Source: a virus (lineage: Duplodnaviria > Caudoviricetes). Taken from it: DNA of 41,861 nucleotides. Below the pieces are notes generated by a model, which was given only the letters and a program-made list of their open reading frames with translations, did not search any database and was not told where the DNA came from. Positions 28,984-37,916 of the stretch are shown here, piece after piece (the first letter of the stretch is position 1; each line of letters begins with the position of its first letter). The position numbers and the translations under genes are program-made. The DNA lies in IMG/VR virus record IMGVR_UViG_3300044723_010973, positions 1 through 41,861 of that record. One strand, written 5' to 3'.

Positions 28984-29704
28984 TTAACCATTTACCCATA
29001 AACTCATGAGCTTCTCTTCCAGGGTGCCCCATACTATATAATGAGTTTGGTAAATGATTTTCTTTTCTAATTGATTCAAATGAAATCATATCTCCTACTT
29101 TATGACCGAATATATGATCTTTACTATCTAAGTAATCACTAAAGTAATTAATTTTTTCTACGAGTAATTTATTATCACGAACATCTTGATCTAAAAAATT
29201 AGCATGTCTAATATATCTTTCAAGATTAGATTTATATTGCATTTGAACAATAGGTATATTTTTAGAATCACATATCTCTTGAACACTAACCATTAAAGAT
29301 AGTGTATCTAATGCAGCTTTAGATTCATTAGCTATAAATCCATAATAACCTTCGACAGCTTCTCTTAAATAAAAATCTTTAATATTATTTGTATTTTGCG
29401 GTGTAATTTGATTAATACCAGTATCGTAATTACTATTATCCCATAAATTAGGTCTAAATACTTCCGTTCTTAAAGCATCTGACCACATTATAACAACCAG
29501 ATTAGGATTATTGGAACTAATATATTTTATAAACTTTCTAAAAATATTAAAATTACATGAAGCGGGTTCAGCTTCGTTAATATGTTTTTGCTTTAGCGTT
29601 TTTGCTGCTACAGTAGGATAACAATATTTACTACATATTTGTAATGTATCATGCTTACCTGTTCCTATACCATAGGTATAACTACAACCATTAAAATAGA
29701 TCAT
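28949..29704 (-). CDS. SGNH/GDSL-like protein (paralog)
   Basis: NGCSYTYG, N.A.PASCN..IFR, C-terminal GHPGREAH. Confidence 0.7.
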   Translation of the reverse strand: MIYFNGCSYTYGIGTGKHDTLQICSKYCYPTVAAKTLKQKHINEAEPASCNFNIFRKFIKYISSNNPNLVVIMWSDALRTEVFRPNLWDNSNYDTGINQITPQNTNNIKDFYLREAVEGYYGFIANESKAALDTLSLMVSVQEICDSKNIPIVQMQYKSNLERYIRHANFLDQDVRDNKLLVEKINYFSDYLDSKDHIFGHKVGDMISFESIRKENHLPNSLYSMGHPGREAHEFMGKWLSEYIKENDLIS

Positions 29705-29832
29705 TCTTCATAAATGAAAGGGTCATTCTTTTTCATTCTCCATAATTTATATTTAACTAATAACTTTCTATATATTCTTTGAATAAAGTTTAGTTTCACT
29801 TTTTTCTTTTTAAACTTTGATAGTTCATCCAT
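29701..29832 (-). CDS. Small basic protein ending DPFIYEE (43 aa)
   Basis: Manual translation MDELSKFKKKKVKLNFIQRIYRKLLVKYKLWRMKKNDPFIYEE; start and stop overlap both neighbours. Confidence 0.65.
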   Translation of the reverse strand: MDELSKFKKKKVKLNFIQRIYRKLLVKYKLWRMKKNDPFIYEE

Positions 29833-30485
29833 TATTTAAGCCTTTTATAATTATCTCCATATAAAGACACAAATGATGTATTTTCTATATCTTCTGGTGC
29901 TACAGTCTTTCTGTCTTCACTTTTAGGAAAACCAAGCGGGTCTTGATAAGCAATTGAAAAGCGTCCATAACCTTCGTGAATTTTAGTAGGTGCTATTCCT
30001 GCATGATCAACATTACCCGGAAAAATAACCAGTCTACCAGGTTTAGGATTAACACAATCAATTACATTATGTTCTTCATCTGCAAATTTAGTTTCACCAC
30101 CCCAATTATGATCCCAACACATATTAGGATAAACCATATATGTTAGGCCATCAGGATTATTAGGTGAGTCTTTATGATACATAGGTGAATCACCAAATTT
30201 AAAGTTATTCATTAAAGCTCTAGAGAATAATGGTGTTTCAATACCAATCTCTAATAACCTTGTTTGCATTATATCATTTATATCTTGAATTATAGCATGA
30301 AAACCTACCCATTGTTCCCACTTAAGCGATTTACATAACGTAGCAGACTTAGCTCCATATTCTTGCATATCATATCCAAGTCCCCAGAAAGGGTAACTTG
30401 CAAAGTAAGCATCCATATGTTCTAATTGAGCATCAGAAAAGATGCCGTCGACAACCGTACATACTTTAGATTTTATCACCTTCAT
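29832..30485 (-). CDS. 2OG-Fe(II) oxygenase
   Basis: HKD, WDHNWGGETKF, PKPGRLVIFPG...H, RFSIA. Confidence 0.88.
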   Translation of the reverse strand: MKVIKSKVCTVVDGIFSDAQLEHMDAYFASYPFWGLGYDMQEYGAKSATLCKSLKWEQWVGFHAIIQDINDIMQTRLLEIGIETPLFSRALMNNFKFGDSPMYHKDSPNNPDGLTYMVYPNMCWDHNWGGETKFADEEHNVIDCVNPKPGRLVIFPGNVDHAGIAPTKIHEGYGRFSIAYQDPLGFPKSEDRKTVAPEDIENTSFVSLYGDNYKRLK

Positions 30486-30490
30486 ATTAT

Positions 30491-30498
30491 TATTTATA
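30491..30498 (-). promoter_or_regulatory. T4-type late promoter TATAAATA
   Basis: Exact consensus on the - strand 5 nt upstream of ATG 30485. Confidence 0.65.
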
Positions 30499-30503
30499 TA
30501 CCT

Positions 30504-30761
30504 CTAAGACCTGCTGTATGCATCTAAAAGTGCATCACCAATTAGTTCATCACCAAAGAATACTATCTCTCCAGTCTCTTTAATTTCTCTTTTTATAACC
30601 CCATTATTGTACTCAATATCTAATACAGAGCCGTCTTCCCCTCTAGTATCATACCACATTGAATTAAAAGCATGAGCATGTATTGATTTAATTGTTGATG
30701 CCCATTTCTCTGCTTCTAATAAAAGCCTCTGTCTTTCTACTCTTTCGTCATATTGTCCCAT
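30504..30761 (-). CDS. Hypothetical protein
   Basis: 85-aa ORF with AGGAG Shine-Dalgarno. Confidence 0.7.
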   Translation of the reverse strand: MGQYDERVERQRLLLEAEKWASTIKSIHAHAFNSMWYDTRGEDGSVLDIEYNNGVIKREIKETGEIVFFGDELIGDALLDAYSRS

Positions 30762-30914
30762 AAACGCTCCTAATTATGTCCTATATGCATTCCTAATAAT
30801 ACACCTAGGCCGAATACTATCCAGTCCATAAAAAAATGAAGAATAAATGACATAGCAAATATCTCTCTCCAATGAACTTTACATATATTTATTTTTTCTT
30901 TGATGTATTCCATA

Positions 30915-31349
30915 TTAAAAATCTCCAGGAGCTACTTGACAGCAAATAAGCCCTCTATCTCTCCACATATTTACAACAGCATCTCTATCATCAAATACTA
31001 ATGTAGGATTATAGCCTAAACTTATTAAATGATCAAGCATACCTGATTTTAAATCCTGATCAGCATCATAGTTATCATCAGGTCTCATAATCATAGTATC
31101 GTAAGGAATATCTTTTAACTGTAAAGCGGTAATATCATGCTGTGCTTGATTCCTGCCAGTTAAAATAACTATTCTATGACCCTGCGCTGCAAGCGCTTTA
31201 GCAACAGAATGAATCTGATCTTTAGGAATATCATCTTTAGTAGCATCTACAAAACCAGACCAATCTTTTCTACCCATAGAACCATCTAGGAATTTTCTCC
31301 TATGATCTAAATCCATTAATGTACCATCTACATCAAAAATTACGTCCAT
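30915..31349 (-). CDS. HAD-family phosphatase (PseT/PNKP 3'-phosphatase domain-like)
   Basis: IFDVDGTL, LTGR, MRPDD, K, VFDDR..VV.MWR..GL.C.QVA.GDF. Confidence 0.88.
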   Translation of the reverse strand: MDVIFDVDGTLMDLDHRRKFLDGSMGRKDWSGFVDATKDDIPKDQIHSVAKALAAQGHRIVILTGRNQAQHDITALQLKDIPYDTMIMRPDDNYDADQDLKSGMLDHLISLGYNPTLVFDDRDAVVNMWRDRGLICCQVAPGDF

Positions 31350-31524
31350 TATCTACTCCTGGTTCATGCATTAGCTTTATTACTATAAATTTACCTTCTT
31401 TTCTACCTTGACTATAAAGCATGTCATACATTTGACCTGCTCCGTCTTTATGCCCTTGCCTATAACCAATATACTGCGCAAGCATACCTGTACCAATTAC
31501 CACTCCTACTAATAATTCATTCAT
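31333..31524 (-). CDS. Small membrane-anchored hypothetical protein
   Basis: N-terminal hydrophobic segment; overlaps both neighbours. Confidence 0.6.
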   Translation of the reverse strand: MNELLVGVVIGTGMLAQYIGYRQGHKDGAGQMYDMLYSQGRKEGKFIVIKLMHEPGVDNGRNF

Positions 31525-32023
31525 ATCTACCTTCCTCTAATCCTATCGAGAAACCAAATCTGGCTCCTTGAGGTTCGGGATCGTGATACACACCGCATGG
31601 TATATAAAGTAAATCACCGTTATATAAATTATAACTGCTTCCGTCATCAAATGCAAATTTAGTTCTACCAGAGCCTTGAATAAAAAACACGTTAGCAGTA
31701 TCTTTATGCCTTCCATGTGAGCCTGATTCTCTTGATAATGAACCATAAAGATGTACTGACATATCACCAGTACGGGATGGGAATGTATTTTGTAATTGTT
31801 CGGCAAGATCTACAATACTTTGAAACTTATCGTTTAAGAAGTGAATAAGAAAACCGCCTGCTTTCATATACCTTGTTAATTGCTTATCCATATTAATAAG
31901 TTCAATAACATCATCCCACTTATAGTTAAGAGTAGAGACAGCATTAGGTATATAAAAAGGGGTGCGGCTGTTAACCGCATCCCTTAGATCTTTTGAGTTT
32001 AACCAATTAGGCAGCTTCTGCAT
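31517..32023 (-). CDS. Cupin/JmjC-like protein
   Basis: HLY.S, HKD..NVFFIQ..G, GDLLYIP.GVYH. Confidence 0.8.
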   Translation of the reverse strand: MQKLPNWLNSKDLRDAVNSRTPFYIPNAVSTLNYKWDDVIELINMDKQLTRYMKAGGFLIHFLNDKFQSIVDLAEQLQNTFPSRTGDMSVHLYGSLSRESGSHGRHKDTANVFFIQGSGRTKFAFDDGSSYNLYNGDLLYIPCGVYHDPEPQGARFGFSIGLEEGRYE

Positions 32024-32942
32024 ACTCTAAAGCCTTTTCTAATGCCTTAATCTTAAGGTTTTTAGATTGACCATACCAAGCACTTTGAAGTCTTGCATCT
32101 GAGTCATTACCTCTCTCATGATCAGTATAGTAAGTAACAGCATTAAAAGCTGACCACCATGACCCTTGAGCGTAGTTAGCTCCAGGTTGAGAGTTAAGTA
32201 ATTCTTCTAACCTTTGACCAGGTCTAGATATTACAAGTTCGTCTGACTCTTTCTTAGAGTAAGTAGGGAATAAATCATTAAAGTATTCTCTAACGTTATC
32301 TAATTTAAACTGCTTAGTACCTAAGAACTGAGCCATCTCTTTATATTGATTCATCTTGAATTCAGCAACACCTAACATTCTTTTAACTTCATCAGCATCA
32401 AACTGCTTCTTATGATTAAGTTTAACAACGTTATTAGCCTCTTGACTAAGAGAAAGAGTAAGAGTGTTATTACAAACTACTCTAATAGGTGTAAATCTTA
32501 CATCAATAGATTGACCGAATCTATGTGGATTAGTAAATAAAAGATATGAATCAACTTTATCACCACCGAATAATTCAAACGAATCATTTACTTTAGCAAG
32601 ACCCCATACAATTTGACCACCTTTAAGTGAGCCAGCTGTATGCATCTGCATATCTCCTGATCTGACGAAGTCATCAAAGAATTCAAAAGCTTCGATATTC
32701 TGAACTGGGTTCCAGTTCTTACCAACTATATCTAATACTTTATTATCAGAAGATCTAACCAATGCTTTCTTTTCAGGTACTTCTGCACCTTCTAAAGTAA
32801 CAAGGGTTTGTTTTTCAACTGACCAATCAAGTTCAGCTGCTTCCATCATTTGCTGGGGCGAAAGATCAGCAGGTACTTCGTGACCGAGTCCGTGCCAAGG
32901 TAATTCTCCAGCGTACGCCATAGTTTCAACTTCATGTGACAT
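32007..32942 (-). CDS. DUF932-family protein
   Basis: MSHEVETMAYAGELPWHGLG, VQN.EAF.FF, TAGSL.GG, FTPIRVVCNNTL, W.AFNAVT.Y.DH; AAGGAG Shine-Dalgarno before 32942. Confidence 0.88.
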   Translation of the reverse strand: MSHEVETMAYAGELPWHGLGHEVPADLSPQQMMEAAELDWSVEKQTLVTLEGAEVPEKKALVRSSDNKVLDIVGKNWNPVQNIEAFEFFDDFVRSGDMQMHTAGSLKGGQIVWGLAKVNDSFELFGGDKVDSYLLFTNPHRFGQSIDVRFTPIRVVCNNTLTLSLSQEANNVVKLNHKKQFDADEVKRMLGVAEFKMNQYKEMAQFLGTKQFKLDNVREYFNDLFPTYSKKESDELVISRPGQRLEELLNSQPGANYAQGSWWSAFNAVTYYTDHERGNDSDARLQSAWYGQSKNLKIKALEKALEYAEAA

Positions 32943-32984
32943 AATATTTCTCCTTTTTATATATATCAATTAATTTATAACTAT

Positions 32985-33013
32985 ATTATAGTCGCTAGAG
33001 CGCAAAAGGTCAA
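32985..33013 (-). promoter_or_regulatory. Sigma70-type early promoter
   Basis: TTGACC-17 nt-TATAAT upstream of DUF932. Confidence 0.8.
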
Positions 33014-33019
33014 CTCCTT

Positions 33020-33550
33020 TTACCAATTTTTTCCACTTTTATGAATGAGTCTTTTTCCATCTTCAGAGAAATATTGTATATTAAAACATATTCGCTCATC
33101 TTTATCTTCTTGATGTTGAGGTTTATGATATAGCCAGAACGGCATTACATATAATTTATTAGGTTTAACCTTTATATGAGTAACCTCATGTTTATTTTTA
33201 CTAGGATCATTTTCTAAAACTAAAAGCTCTCCACCCTTTAAAGGTGTATTTAAATAAAAAACAGTATTAAGTTCAGCTTCTGGGTGATTATGCCAAACAG
33301 ATCGGTTGTTAGAATTATTTTGAATATAAGCCCATATTTGAAATGGCTTTCTAGATTTAGGAATAGATTTAAAGTTATTGTTTAATACATCCAACCATAA
33401 AGGCTTAACAATATTTAGTACTTCAGGAATTGTTATTAGATGACTGTATGCAGTACCGTCACTTTCTTTAACAGATTTATAATAATCACTTATTATTTGA
33501 TCCTTAAATTGATCTAATAAATTGTTGATAGGAAAATCAACACTGAACAT
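33020..33550 (-). CDS. Putative 2OG-Fe(II) oxygenase
   Basis: WHNH, VFYL..P..GGEL, MP.WLYH, RICFN. Confidence 0.75.
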   Translation of the reverse strand: MFSVDFPINNLLDQFKDQIISDYYKSVKESDGTAYSHLITIPEVLNIVKPLWLDVLNNNFKSIPKSRKPFQIWAYIQNNSNNRSVWHNHPEAELNTVFYLNTPLKGGELLVLENDPSKNKHEVTHIKVKPNKLYVMPFWLYHKPQHQEDKDERICFNIQYFSEDGKRLIHKSGKNW

Positions 33551-33933
33551 TAATAAGAACGAGGAACTGGGTGACCTTGTGGGTTAAGAGTGTAATCAAT
33601 ACCGTTAATATATAATTTATTATTTTTCCAGAATCTAATCACCTTGGGATTATCAGAATTATAAGCTTGAGTTAAAACAAGGAGAACGCTAGGATTATCT
33701 AATTCTCCATAATCAGTCATTCTATCTAACTCAGTAAATGCAATATCAATATTAGTATAAAGAAATCTTTCAAAATATTCAACATTAGCTGGTTCTTGAA
33801 AAATATTTTCTGACCATAACAACCACTTTCCAGATTCAGTAACGTCAGTATCAGGTGTTATTCTATATTTTTCTATTGCATAATCGGCAAGAGAAGGATC
33901 ATCTGTAATATAATCATCTATACCATTAACCAT
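33550..33933 (-). CDS. Hypothetical protein
   Basis: 127-aa ORF overlapping its neighbours. Confidence 0.65.
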   Translation of the reverse strand: MVNGIDDYITDDPSLADYAIEKYRITPDTDVTESGKWLLWSENIFQEPANVEYFERFLYTNIDIAFTELDRMTDYGELDNPSVLLVLTQAYNSDNPKVIRFWKNNKLYINGIDYTLNPQGHPVPRSY

Positions 33934-34627
33934 TTATATTCTCCTTAAAAAATTCTTTTTCTTTATCTCTTATATTAGGTAAGTTATTATCTAAAATTAA
34001 TCTATCAATATTTCCAGGCCAATAACTTTGATTGCTTGTATCAAAATACTGAGCAAACGATCCTATTTCAGATTCAACATCTATATAATGAAAATAGTGC
34101 TGGAAAGCATATTCATTATTATATGGTTCTCTATGATGTGGTATTTCACATCCTTTGTAAACCAAAATATCTCCTACTTTAAGATCTACTTTTTGCTTAC
34201 CGTTTTTTGCTTCAAGCCAAACAGGCCAAGGTGGTCCTGAATAAGCAAATGGCATCGTTACAGATACTTCACAAGCAAGTCTATCTACATGCCACTTCAT
34301 ACCCTTAGTATCATTTAAATGTACTCTACCAAAATGAAAAGTAGGAATAAGTCTTAATCCAAACATTTCTTGCATTAAATCAAGTAAAAATGAATGCATC
34401 TTTGCATATGGATTATTTATACCATTGTGGGTTTGTATTTTATTACAAAACCCTGCATTAAAACATTTATATTCTGTTTTAAAAAGTTTATCATCATCAT
34501 CTGTTTCATATTGATCTATATTATCATTTGAAAAATCAATAATATCTTCAATAAGTTCAATAGGTATAATATCTCTTAAGATAACGTACCCATTGTCAGT
34601 TAATCTTTTACGGTTTATGTTAGGCAT
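33926..34627 (-). CDS. 2OG-Fe(II) oxygenase
   Basis: HVDR.ACEVSVT, WP.W, L.VGD.LVYKGCE..H.RE, FHY. Confidence 0.82.
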   Translation of the reverse strand: MPNINRKRLTDNGYVILRDIIPIELIEDIIDFSNDNIDQYETDDDDKLFKTEYKCFNAGFCNKIQTHNGINNPYAKMHSFLLDLMQEMFGLRLIPTFHFGRVHLNDTKGMKWHVDRLACEVSVTMPFAYSGPPWPVWLEAKNGKQKVDLKVGDILVYKGCEIPHHREPYNNEYAFQHYFHYIDVESEIGSFAQYFDTSNQSYWPGNIDRLILDNNLPNIRDKEKEFFKENING

Positions 34628-34796
34628 ATAGTTATTTATGCAGTAAACGCCTCAATAAGCATAATAGTAATACCCATAACAAATGCACCATATAAAAAAT
34701 AGATAGCATTAAATACTCTATTAGCTGATTCATCTACTTTATCAAATGATCTCATTACTCTTTCATAATTTTCTTGAACTTTAGGATTTTCCATAA

Positions 34797-35138
34797 TTAT
34801 TTTTTTCCTATATATTTTAAATCAGATTTAGGTATCACTTGATACGCTCCTTTATTATAGGCTGGAGCTATTGCATAACTAGAAGAAATTTTAAGTTGTT
34901 CTTCTTTAAAAGCCTTTTCCTCTCTAATACGTTTAACCCTTTGCTCTTCACTTTCTAATCTAGCTTTAAGATCTCTTAAATCAGACATATAAGAAGGCTC
35001 AGGAGCCCGGGAGGGCGCCTCATAGTTTCTGGAGGTATTGAAGCTATGAGACTTTTTAGGTTTAGATAAACTATTAGTCTTCCTTTTACGCCCATGCATA
35101 TCATAACGTAAAGAATTAACAGCGTTTATCATACCCAT
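34797..35138 (-). CDS. Hypothetical basic protein
   Basis: LRYDMHGRKRK...IAPAYNKGAYQVI. Confidence 0.7.
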   Translation of the reverse strand: MGMINAVNSLRYDMHGRKRKTNSLSKPKKSHSFNTSRNYEAPSRAPEPSYMSDLRDLKARLESEEQRVKRIREEKAFKEEQLKISSSYAIAPAYNKGAYQVIPKSDLKYIGKK

Positions 35139-35353
35139 TAAACGACCTTCAGTCCTTCACCAGACATTGCATAGTTATATGCAAAAGATAATAATCTTTC
35201 TGGGTTAGTTTCGTTCGCTACTTTTTGCATCGCTTTAGTTTTAGTTTCAGCTTTAGCATGAGACTCTATGATCATAGTAACCATAGCTTCTTTTCTTTCA
35301 CCTAAACTTCCTGCGTCGCGTACATTATTTAAATGTTCAGTTAAGTTTAACAT
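35138..35353 (-). CDS. Hypothetical early protein
   Basis: AGGAG Shine-Dalgarno and its own promoter. Confidence 0.7.
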   Translation of the reverse strand: MLNLTEHLNNVRDAGSLGERKEAMVTMIIESHAKAETKTKAMQKVANETNPERLLSFAYNYAMSGEGLKVV

Positions 35354-35378
35354 AATTTTTCTCCTAATATATTACTAT

Positions 35379-35407
35379 ATTATATACTCAGACGTATTTA
35401 AAATCAA
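35379..35407 (-). promoter_or_regulatory. Sigma70-type early promoter
   Basis: TTGATT-17 nt-TATAAT. Confidence 0.75.
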
Positions 35408-35416
35408 CTGTTTTAT

Positions 35417-35444
35417 AAAAAGAAGGGAGGCTTTTCATCCTCCC
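35417..35444 (-). terminator. Intrinsic terminator
   Basis: GGGAGG-ATGAAAAG-CCTCCC followed by TTCTTTTT. Confidence 0.65.
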
Positions 35445-35497
35445 GTGGGCTTTAAGTAACCACCTTGACATAGTAACGACTATGACGTCGAAAGCAA

Positions 35498-35755
35498 TTA
35501 AGAAGCAGCTCTTAATGCTTTATATCCAGCAGCTACAACAGCTCTGGTTGGTGTACCTACTCTATAGAAAGTTTTAGTTCTTCCTTTAGAATCAGTTTTG
35601 CTATTTGCATATACTGCAACACCATTAGATCTTAAATCTGAGATTCGAGCTCTAATAGTTGCTGTTGAAGTATTATAAAAGTTAGCCATTTGAGCGGCTG
35701 TTCTTTCATTACCTTCTACAACTAATGTATTATATACTTTATCAAAAATAGACAT
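35498..35755 (-). CDS. Winged helix-turn-helix DNA-binding protein
   Basis: TAAQMA....S.ATIRARISDLRS.G..VY...T.YRVG pattern. Confidence 0.7.
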   Translation of the reverse strand: MSIFDKVYNTLVVEGNERTAAQMANFYNTSTATIRARISDLRSNGVAVYANSKTDSKGRTKTFYRVGTPTRAVVAAGYKALRAAS

Positions 35756-35826
35756 ATGTCTTCTCCATAATTAATGTAAATACACCACGTATTTACTTCT
35801 AAGTCCATATTATATGAACTTTTTAC

Positions 35827-36597
35827 CTATAAGTCAACTACTTCTGGGTAATCTTTACAGTTTTTTATGTATTCTTCTTTATTAATCCAAATACCATTTG
35901 CATCTACAAAACCTTTTACTCTATTTTCATGTACGATTTTAAATAACTCATTATATGCAGCACTATCTCTAGGTGCAAAACGTTCACTACCAGGTGATGC
36001 TTGTACAGCTATTTTCTTTAACCTTGTATCAACAGCAAGACATTCACCAGCCATCTGAAGAGGTAATGTGAAATCAGAACCGTAAATCCATGCAAGAGTC
36101 ATATCATAACCGTATGTTTGGTTAAAAGCATCACTACTTATAATAAAACTATTAAGGCATTGATGTTTTCTGCTTGGATCTTCTTCTAAATTTTCATAAA
36201 ATGTACGACCTCCACGAAAAAACTGGAAAGTCATGGGTATTTTAAACATAGGATCGTAATATTTTAGGAATTTACCGCCGACAAGCATGTCTTTACACTT
36301 TTTATTATCTAAATCAATGACTAAATCCATATCCATAAGGGCATTCCAGCGAAACTCCGTCTTTTTCATTAAAACGTTACGACAAACCTCATTTCCCCAC
36401 CCATAATCCTGTTCTACCCGGTATCCCTTCCAATTTTCCGGTAAATTCTCCGAAGTCAAGGGCTCATCTTGAGATCCATCGTCAATTACTGTGAATTGAA
36501 AGTATTTTTCGTATGGTTTATAGTGTTCTACAACTTCCATGAACAAATCATAGTTGTTATAGTACGTATAATTGATGTTAAGCCATTTATTCATCAT
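35827..36597 (-). CDS. Glycosyltransferase family 2-like protein
   Basis: VIDDGS, RN, DMD (DxD), GYD...YG.D; start set near MMNKWL. Confidence 0.75.
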   Translation of the reverse strand: MMNKWLNINYTYYNNYDLFMEVVEHYKPYEKYFQFTVIDDGSQDEPLTSENLPENWKGYRVEQDYGWGNEVCRNVLMKKTEFRWNALMDMDLVIDLDNKKCKDMLVGGKFLKYYDPMFKIPMTFQFFRGGRTFYENLEEDPSRKHQCLNSFIISSDAFNQTYGYDMTLAWIYGSDFTLPLQMAGECLAVDTRLKKIAVQASPGSERFAPRDSAAYNELFKIVHENRVKGFVDANGIWINKEEYIKNCKDYPEVVDL

Positions 36598-37105
36598 AAA
36601 AGAACTGTATTGTACGTCTTTTCTTGTCTTGAAACACCGGAAGTGTAAAATGTACACAAGGTGCTATAACTAAGACACCGGTTCCATAAGAAGGTGCGGT
36701 TATTATACTATCGCCGTAGGCGCCGGCGCCGCCGCTATCTGGATTTCTCATACAAACGTTATGGCCACCCCAATCTTCATCCCATACTTCATTAAGAAAG
36801 ATAGTTAACCCTGCAATATGATTAACATCTGAGTGAGGTGGTATGGCTTGACCGTGACCAACCTCATGAAAACCACGACGTATAGTACATGAACTATCTA
36901 ACTCATCGACATTTTTAAATAAAAACTCATGTATAGATGTATCGTCAAACTGATTAGACCACTTATACTGACCTAATACCCAATGATTATGCATATCAGG
37001 AAAGTTAAAGTCCATTACATGATCATTAAAACAATCGTTATGATCAACATCTTTAATAAGATCTTTAAATATATAACAATTGGAATAGCGTTTAACTATT
37101 TCCAC
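36587..37105 (-). CDS. 2OG-Fe(II) oxygenase
   Basis: PPHSD, TIFLN..WDEDWGG, H...V, RRTIQFF. Confidence 0.8.
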   Translation of the reverse strand: MEIVKRYSNCYIFKDLIKDVDHNDCFNDHVMDFNFPDMHNHWVLGQYKWSNQFDDTSIHEFLFKNVDELDSSCTIRRGFHEVGHGQAIPPHSDVNHIAGLTIFLNEVWDEDWGGHNVCMRNPDSGGAGAYGDSIITAPSYGTGVLVIAPCVHFTLPVFQDKKRRTIQFFYDE

Positions 37106-37306
37106 TATCTATCGTCTACAATTTCTTCTAAGATACCGAGTGCTTCGGCAGCTATTAATAATATACCGCAGGTAACCAAAGATCCGAAACAGAGATAAGC
37201 CCCTGCTGCGATACGTAAGGCTGATTTAACGAGTGATACGTTAAGGTGATTAAGATTCATAATATTCTCCAATTATATAAGGAGAGGGACTAGCCCTCTC
37301 ACAAAG

Positions 37307-37444
37307 TTACGGGTAAAAAGGATTGTCGCGTGTGTACTGAGGTAAACTCACTACATTGACCTTCTTTTTTTCCGATTTAGTACTTCTTACGTTATTAGCC
37401 CTAACAGCTCTTCTAACCTGAAGTACTTGTTCGTACTTAGTCAT
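37307..37444 (-). CDS. Small basic peptide downstream of the glutamine riboswitch (45 aa)
   Basis: MTKYEQVLQVRRAVRANNVRSTKSEKKKVNVVSLPQYTRDNPFYP with GGAGG Shine-Dalgarno; downstream hairpin GAGAGGG/CCCTCTC at 37282-37300. Confidence 0.75.
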   Translation of the reverse strand: MTKYEQVLQVRRAVRANNVRSTKSEKKKVNVVSLPQYTRDNPFYP

Positions 37445-37471
37445 GACGCCTCCTACCTTGCGGTAATAGAC

Positions 37472-37522
37472 GCGTTCCTTCGGCTTAATTGCCTACTTCC
37501 GTCACAATAAGTGATGAACGAT
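37472..37522 (-). ncRNA. Glutamine-I riboswitch (glnA RNA motif)
   Basis: ATCGTTC-ATCACTTATTGTGAC-GGAAGTA-GGC-AATTAA-GCC-GAAG-GAACGC: P1 CGTTC/GAACG, P2 hairpin, GGAAGUA/GAA E-loop, P3. Confidence 0.88.
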
Positions 37523-37528
37523 ATCATT

Positions 37529-37557
37529 ATTATAGTCTCAAGTAAGGCCGATAGCAA
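37529..37557 (-). promoter_or_regulatory. Sigma70-type promoter of the riboswitch transcript
   Basis: TTGCTA-17 nt-TATAAT; predicted start site at the riboswitch 5' end. Confidence 0.8.
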
Positions 37558-37609
37558 CCACAATGGTATATGGAGCCGGCGGCCTAAAGACATAAATATG
37601 TAGCTGTTC

Positions 37610-37864
37610 TTAGTCTTTGAAAGTCCAATCAGCTTTAATCTCTTCAAATAAAGCATTCACAGTAGGTTCCATTATAAAGTCCTCATGCCAACTAGGCATC
37701 TCTTTATATGTAATGGGATGACCTATTAGTGTATCAATAAACTCAAAGACAGTGGTAGACCATTCACCATTAATAAAGCATGTACCTTCTATAGGTCCAT
37801 CTTTAATACCAACACCCTTATCAAGTCTAAGTGCTTCAACCTTCTTCTCTATATCTTTTTTCAT
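37610..37864 (-). CDS. Hypothetical early protein
   Basis: Start at MKKDIEK with AGGAG Shine-Dalgarno and TGTTATAAT extended -10. Confidence 0.65.
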   Translation of the reverse strand: MKKDIEKKVEALRLDKGVGIKDGPIEGTCFINGEWSTTVFEFIDTLIGHPITYKEMPSWHEDFIMEPTVNALFEEIKADWTFKD

Positions 37865-37903
37865 ATTATTCTCCTGTATGCCAATATTATAACATACTTC
37901 TCT

Positions 37904-37911
37904 TATAAATA
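37904..37911 (+). promoter_or_regulatory. T4-type late promoter TATAAATA
   Basis: Exact consensus 5 nt before ATG 37917. Confidence 0.75.
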
Positions 37912-37916
37912 CTACT

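Noticed and set aside
37453-37656. 67-aa - strand ORF
   Set aside because: Overlaps the promoter and glutamine riboswitch, which explain the sequence better
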